20,000 nucleotides of DNA from an uncultured virus (IMG/VR IMGVR_UViG_3300007511_001983) (taxonomy: Duplodnaviria > Heunggongvirae > Uroviricota > Caudoviricetes), in the IMG/VR virus record IMGVR_UViG_3300007511_001983, positions 53,527 through 73,526 of that record; one strand, given 5' to 3'. Position numbers and translations under genes: made by a program. Each line of letters starts with the position of its first letter. Position 1 is the stretch's first letter. Under the pieces are notes generated by a model. It searched no databases. It was not told where the DNA came from and saw only the letters and a list, made by a program, of their open reading frames with translations. Positions 15,356 through 20,000 of this stretch are shown piece after piece.

Positions 15356-16372
15356 GTGAAGAACTATTACGATATCTTGGGTGTAAAGAAAGATGCTACT
15401 CAAGCACAAATCAAAAAGTCATATAGAAACCTGGCTAAGAGATATCACCCAGACACTTCAAAAGAGACAAACGCAGAAGAGCTGTTCAAAGAAGTCGCTG
15501 AAGCATACACAGTCTTAGGCGATAAGGACAAAAGAAAATCATACGATAATCCTGCACCAAAAGGGTTCCCGCCTCCAGGTCCAGGCTTCGGTGATTTCTT
15601 TAGCCAGTTTACGGGCGGGTTTGAAGATTTATTCACAAGTCGCCGAGGCTACAAGCAGAACCCAAAGCCTACAAATCTTCGCTATCGACTTAATATCGAT
15701 TTCTTCGCAGCAGCGATAGGAAAAGTAATCGATCTAAAGGTTGAGCGTATGGTGCCATGCAAGACATGCGATGGGTCAGGAAGCACAGACAAGACTGTCA
15801 AGGCTGTATGCAAGAAGTGTCACGGGCAAGGTAACACTACTTTTTTGCAAGGCTTCTTCCAGATGACACGAACATGTGAGGAATGCAATGGTAAAGGCAC
15901 AAATATAACGAATCCATGCAATTCATGTCTGGGCAAGGGCTTGAAAAACACACACGAGTCTATCAAGGTCAACATCCCAGCAGGAGTCGAAAATAACAAC
16001 GTAATCAAAGTCAAGGGATACGGACATCAAAATGTAAAAGGCTCACCTCCTGGCGATCTTTTTCTAGAAGTAAGAGTAGGTGAGCATGGTAACTTCAAGC
16101 GGGTGGGAAACGATATTCATACCAGCGTTGTTATTTCTATACCTGAATCAATATTGGGTTGCCGAAGAGAGATTGAAACGGTCGCCGGCCCGGCCAAGCG
16201 ATTAGTAATTCCTGACTGCACCAAGCCCGGAGACACGATTCGTCTCAAAGGTGAAGGTGTCAACGGCGGCGATCACGTTGTCACAATAAGGGTAACATTT
16301 CCCAGAACCCTTAGCAAAGAATTAGAAGACGCTTACGAGCAAGTTTATGAAGTTACTCACCCGAAAGGATAA
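15356..16372 (+). CDS. dnaJ: molecular chaperone DnaJ (class A)
   Basis: J domain with HPD, short G/F region, four CxxCxGxG zinc-finger repeats and C-terminal domain. Confidence 0.96.
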   Translation: MKNYYDILGVKKDATQAQIKKSYRNLAKRYHPDTSKETNAEELFKEVAEAYTVLGDKDKRKSYDNPAPKGFPPPGPGFGDFFSQFTGGFEDLFTSRRGYKQNPKPTNLRYRLNIDFFAAAIGKVIDLKVERMVPCKTCDGSGSTDKTVKAVCKKCHGQGNTTFLQGFFQMTRTCEECNGKGTNITNPCNSCLGKGLKNTHESIKVNIPAGVENNNVIKVKGYGHQNVKGSPPGDLFLEVRVGEHGNFKRVGNDIHTSVVISIPESILGCRREIETVAGPAKRLVIPDCTKPGDTIRLKGEGVNGGDHVVTIRVTFPRTLSKELEDAYEQVYEVTHPKG

Positions 16373-16376
16373 TTAT
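16369..16376 (+). promoter_or_regulatory. class B motif variant ATAATTAT
   Basis: Lies 4 nt before ATG 16381 and overlaps the dnaJ stop. Confidence 0.35.
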
Positions 16377-16380
16377 TAAT

Positions 16381-17190
16381 ATGTTAACATTCGTCGGTAT
16401 TATTACATTCGTCGTATTTGTTCATGAATTTGGACATTACCTTGCTGCAAAGTCAGTAGGGATCCCAGTCAAGACATTCTCCCTCGGCTTCGGCCCCAAA
16501 CTCCTCAGCTTCAATGCACGAGGAACTGAGTGGAGATTATCGCTTATACCTCTCGGCGGATACGTTCGCCTGGAAGGTGACGATGATTATGAGAACCTTG
16601 CAGAGGATCCTAATTCATTCTGGGGATGTAAACCTTGGAAGCGGATTCTAATTGCAGTGGCGGGTCCCGTGGTAAACCTAGCACTACCTCTGGCACTATT
16701 CTTTGGCTATTACTATGGTCAAAAGGTTGAAGTTGAGCATCAAACCCCGGCCGGAGTCATGGTAAAAGTTCACGAGGTAGATGCAAAGGTTGCAGCTCAA
16801 GCGTCCTATAGGATGACGAAAGACATGTATGCATCAATCGGTCGCGCAGTTAGTCACCTCAAGCAAAGCGGGGTCAAGAAAGAAGATCTCGGCGGGCCAG
16901 TAGCAATATATAATGAGACGCAAAGAGCTGTAAGGAAATCTGAGGAGACTAAAGACTGGGGATTCCTAATTCAGTGGATCGCTTTCTTCTCAATCAATCT
17001 GGGCGCCATGAATCTACTACCTATACCACTATTGGACGGCGGGCATATTATGCTGTCTACCTATGAATGGATCACTCGCAAGCGCATATCAATGTCAGTC
17101 CGAGGCAAGCTTCATTTCGTAGGATTGTTATTTGTCTGTGCACTAATGGGCTTGGCAATCTATACCGATGTAGCTAGACTAATTGGCTAA
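16381..17190 (+). CDS. rseP: RseP-like site-2 intramembrane metalloprotease (M50), PDZ-less
   Basis: HEFGH, FSLGFGP, IPLGGYV, AGPVVN, GGPVAI, NLLPIPLLDGGH; only about 35 aa where the PDZ domains normally sit. Confidence 0.92.
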   Translation: MLTFVGIITFVVFVHEFGHYLAAKSVGIPVKTFSLGFGPKLLSFNARGTEWRLSLIPLGGYVRLEGDDDYENLAEDPNSFWGCKPWKRILIAVAGPVVNLALPLALFFGYYYGQKVEVEHQTPAGVMVKVHEVDAKVAAQASYRMTKDMYASIGRAVSHLKQSGVKKEDLGGPVAIYNETQRAVRKSEETKDWGFLIQWIAFFSINLGAMNLLPIPLLDGGHIMLSTYEWITRKRISMSVRGKLHFVGLLFVCALMGLAIYTDVARLIG

Positions 17191-18449
17191 CCACCGGTGC
17201 AGATATTGAGGAAGATCCTGCGCAAGGATTCAAATACCTCATTGGTTGTAGGATGATCACCAAGCGGGTGGAAGTTGTCTCGAACCCTAAAGATATCATC
17301 AAAGCTATCATAGAATCCATTGTCTGAATATACGTGCACGATGAATGGTGAGTTTGCCACAATGGCTCCTACTTCTGCTTCTCTGTGTTGAGGGATTGCT
17401 AGATCATGTGTCTGGCCTTCTTCATCTGTCATGAGAATGATAACCTTGTTTGACCCAGGCCGAAATGATAATCTAAAGGTGTTCTCAACGACATAGCGAA
17501 TAGCATCCCACGATGGCTCATCACCGCCTCCACGACTTCTTGCCATCTCTAGCGCAGTCTCAAGATGTTGCAAGAACTCATCTCGTGGCACAAAGTCTGT
17601 AATCAATCTCATCTTGCCATCGAGGTAGTTGGCACCCGGAATAGAATGAGAGCCAATCACAACGAGACTGAACTTAAAGTTGCGTGTAAGATCGTCTTCG
17701 AGCAGAGGAGCAATACCGTAAATGGTTCGTTCAATCTCATCGTCAAAGGATCCGGACACATCAATGATAAACGTAAGGTCAACACTGCCCGTGTCAAAGC
17801 CTTCGTCAATCTCACCATCACAATCATTGTCTTTGCCATCGCAAAGTTCCGGGGAAGGCAAAACCATGCCAACGCAATCAGACTCCATTGATCCGTCAAC
17901 ACAATATCTAATACCCGGCTTGCATTCACCTACAAGAATCGTCTCCTGCGGACCGTCATAGCAGACTTCCATCGTAGTGTTGGGAAGCTGATCATCAACT
18001 ACACCGTTACAATCATTGTCAATGCTGTCGCAAACCTCAGGGCTCGGACCAGCATGACCATCGCACCTCAGGTATCCGTCATAGCACATCCAGACACCGG
18101 GACTGCATATGCCCACACCGTATTCGATATCATCTTGCATACCGCAAAGCTGTGCTTGCTCTGGATAGTCTTCGTCAATTGCGCCATCACAATCATTGTC
18201 AAGGCCGTCACAAACTTCTGCTGTCGGGTCGGTGACACCTTCACATTCTGACCACCCAGCGTATGAGCATGTCTGCTTGCCCCACGAGCATATTCCGGTT
18301 CTGACTTTTTTATCTTCCCACGTCCGGCCAGCACCGTCACAATATAGAATACTGCCAGGTGTGCAGTCAAGCGCGATAAGCTTATCATCTTCACATGCCC
18401 CTGCAAGAAGCAATGCCACTGAGATGGAAACGACCGCAGCCCATTTCAT
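17187..18449 (-). CDS. lipoprotein with Cys-rich E.CDG.DNDCDG..DE repeats and C-terminal vWA domain
   Basis: Lipobox-like LAGAC; three repeats; MIDAS motif DVSGS, GGDEP and LMTDEE. Confidence 0.88.
   Translation of the reverse strand: MKWAAVVSISVALLLAGACEDDKLIALDCTPGSILYCDGAGRTWEDKKVRTGICSWGKQTCSYAGWSECEGVTDPTAEVCDGLDNDCDGAIDEDYPEQAQLCGMQDDIEYGVGICSPGVWMCYDGYLRCDGHAGPSPEVCDSIDNDCNGVVDDQLPNTTMEVCYDGPQETILVGECKPGIRYCVDGSMESDCVGMVLPSPELCDGKDNDCDGEIDEGFDTGSVDLTFIIDVSGSFDDEIERTIYGIAPLLEDDLTRNFKFSLVVIGSHSIPGANYLDGKMRLITDFVPRDEFLQHLETALEMARSRGGGDEPSWDAIRYVVENTFRLSFRPGSNKVIILMTDEEGQTHDLAIPQHREAEVGAIVANSPFIVHVYSDNGFYDSFDDIFRVRDNFHPLGDHPTTNEVFESLRRIFLNICTGG
17802..18218 (-). repeat. three 48-bp coding repeats (17802-17849, 17991-18038, 18171-18218)
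   Basis: ELCDGKDNDCDGEIDE, EVCDSIDNDCNGVVDD, EVCDGLDNDCDGAIDE; shared DNA core acaatcattgtc. Confidence 0.9.
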
Positions 18450-18910
18450 TTTAGCTCCTCCATGCCTTTAATACATGATTCCCGGGAGCTATAAAAAGGA
18501 ATTGTAAGGACTGAGCTCTTAAGCCATCTAAACCTAATGCTTTTGATCGGGGTGTCTTTGCCCCCTAGATTACCCATCATAACAACTGGCAAAGCTTTTT
18601 GCTGGGAAGTTAAATTATATGAGAGGACTGCAATGTCACCGTGAACCTCAAGCACGCCAACAATAGATCCTCGAACCTCAGCTTTGGGTATGCCGATGAA
18701 GACACGTGAGAAGCTACCGCGTTCCCGAGTAACATCGTTCTCAATGTACCCAACCCAGTCACAAAGACCGTTCTTACCCGGGATGTAGTATGTGGTCTCA
18801 GCGGCAAAGATGATCTCAGGCTTTTGGTCAGCTGAGATGATGTAAGTGAATCCGGCTATTATTAATAGACCGAGTAGAATTGAAAGTCTTGAAAACTTTT
18901 CCCGTATCAT
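18446..18910 (-). CDS. membrane-anchored hypothetical protein
   Basis: N-terminal TM segment LSILLGLLIIAGFTYII; ATGA-coupled to both neighbours. Confidence 0.8.
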   Translation of the reverse strand: MIREKFSRLSILLGLLIIAGFTYIISADQKPEIIFAAETTYYIPGKNGLCDWVGYIENDVTRERGSFSRVFIGIPKAEVRGSIVGVLEVHGDIAVLSYNLTSQQKALPVVMMGNLGGKDTPIKSIRFRWLKSSVLTIPFYSSRESCIKGMEELK

Positions 18911-19191
18911 TCACCCTCGCTTGACTGACGCTCCACTGTAATAAAAGGCATCTTTATCAATTGTGCTTTGACTTCTGTGTTAGATGCATTGAAACCTGCA
19001 GCAGTAAAAAAGACTTGGTGCTTCATCTTTGGCTTCTGATTTGCTACTGCCCACTCACCTTTAACTACATGCCACATCTGTGGAATCTTAGTAATTTTTG
19101 GCTGGGTATCAATATCATTTGCCATTGCCGAGAGGCTGGTAGAAAGAACAACTGACCCCATCAAAAGGACTCTTGTTAAATTCGCAAACAT
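18907..19191 (-). CDS. secreted hypothetical protein
   Basis: AGGAG RBS; signal peptide ending SAMA-N. Confidence 0.8.
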   Translation of the reverse strand: MFANLTRVLLMGSVVLSTSLSAMANDIDTQPKITKIPQMWHVVKGEWAVANQKPKMKHQVFFTAAGFNASNTEVKAQLIKMPFITVERQSSEGE

Positions 19192-19225
19192 GTTTTGTGC
19201 TCCTGTTGCTTCATACGCGCCATTT

Positions 19226-19264
19226 ATAAATATGGACTTATAAGCTAAATTCGTCTATATTTAT
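19226..19264. promoter_or_regulatory. divergent pair of class B motifs (ATATTTAT on - at 19226-19233; on + at 19257-19264)
   Basis: Two exact copies in opposite orientation in the divergent intergenic gap. Confidence 0.65.
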
Positions 19265-19269
19265 ACTTG

Positions 19270-20000
19270 ATGGATATAAAAAACCTTAAAAAGTATATAA
19301 TTTTATGCATAATCATGATTGTGACTTCTTCATGTGCGTCATCTTATTGCGCTGTTAAAGATCTTTCAAGGACCGTAGAAGAAAAACTACCCAGACAATC
19401 TTTTGCATTGATACAAAATTCTTTAGACCTCAAGGCATGCAAATCAATCGGAACTAATCTTCTCTCTGCATGTCAAACTGCAACGCTCGGATCCGCGTCC
19501 TCGGGTATGTTCGTAGGCAGAAGCAAGATCGACAGCACAGTAGGCTACGTTTTGACTGCAGGTCATAGCTGTGATGCGCAAGGCTTCAAGAAAAGATATG
19601 ATAAGCCAGACGTCATCATCACAGTCGAGGCGCAAAGAATGAATATTGTTACGTATCATGGGCAATCATACCCGGCAACAATCGTCAAGATGAATCATCA
19701 ATATGATATGTGCTTGCTACAGGTTCACGGCATCGGAGATCATCCAGCTCCAGTTCGCGTATCAGAGACCCCCCCGGTCCGCACACAAAAATCATACAAC
19801 ATCGCCGCTCCGCTCGGAATATTTAATACGAAGATGGTGTTCATGTTCAAGGGCTTGTTCTCAGGATACAACAAGCAAGGTTACGCACTATATACACTGC
19901 CTACAAAGCCTGGATCAAGCGGATCATCAATCTTAAATGCTGATGGTGAGATTATAGGCATGATCTTTGCAGGCTACCGCGGAATTGAAAGCATTGCTAT
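19270..20000 (+). CDS. exported trypsin-like serine protease (runs off the window; not in ORF track)
   Basis: Own translation from ATG 19270: hydrophobic N-terminus with possible lipobox TSSC; triad motifs VLTAGHSC, YDMCLL and PGSSGSSILN..GEIIG. Confidence 0.9.
   Translation, partial: MDIKNLKKYIILCIIMIVTSSCASSYCAVKDLSRTVEEKLPRQSFALIQNSLDLKACKSIGTNLLSACQTATLGSASSGMFVGRSKIDSTVGYVLTAGHSCDAQGFKKRYDKPDVIITVEAQRMNIVTYHGQSYPATIVKMNHQYDMCLLQVHGIGDHPAPVRVSETPPVRTQKSYNIAAPLGIFNTKMVFMFKGLFSGYNKQGYALYTLPTKPGSSGSSILNADGEIIGMIFAGYRGIESIA

Noticed and set aside
112..16014. Minus-strand ORFs in the track left of 17187, and alternate-frame ORFs such as 3851-4405 and 10009-10197
   Set aside because: They are shadows of better supported + strand genes and have no motifs or RBS.
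17187..17190. Terminator between the convergent genes
   Set aside because: The two stop codons overlap (CTAA), leaving no intergenic space, and no hairpin plus U-tract is evident.
17802..18218. Regularly spaced repeats as a CRISPR array
   Set aside because: The repeats are in-frame, degenerate at the codon level, 180-190 bp apart and inside a coding region.
19444..19936. Track ORFs 19444-19665(-) and 19703-19936(+)
   Set aside because: They overlap the trypsin-like protease frame starting at 19270, which the track missed because it has no stop within the window.
1..20000. tRNA, rRNA or structured ncRNA genes
   Set aside because: Intergenic gaps are all under about 80 bp and none shows a cloverleaf or T-loop signature.

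Overview
A gene-dense segment of what is very probably a large (jumbo-type) bacteriophage genome, read in the standard genetic code. There are no capsid, polymerase or rRNA genes in the window, so the phage call is inferred from the tightly overlapped small ORFs, the typical phage hypothetical families and the paralog expansions. Positions 1-17190 are entirely + strand. They hold (i) about 27 divergent small KOW/SH3-like beta-barrel paralogs starting 'MKKGDLV'-like, including an unbroken run of 15 at 61-3419; (ii) four proteins with a shared 'MKITxxxLRQIIREEL' leader and unrelated, mostly acidic bodies, one with an EF-hand loop; and (iii) scattered enzymes: a GIY-YIG nuclease, rhodanese, calcineurin-like phosphoesterase, nucleotidyltransferase and a degenerate P-loop protein. 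The right end (14.5-20 kb) is an envelope/proteostasis cluster: a DsbD-N-like secreted protein, DnaJ, a PDZ-less RseP-like M50 protease, a Cys-repeat/vWA lipoprotein of myxobacterial style and a truncated trypsin-like protease. Two intergenic motif classes are visible: TGTAAA-N15-17-TATAAT (sigma70-like, probably early) and ATAnTTAT (probably late), the latter preceding the leader-bearing and envelope genes. All family assignments come from motif recognition by eye; no searches were run.
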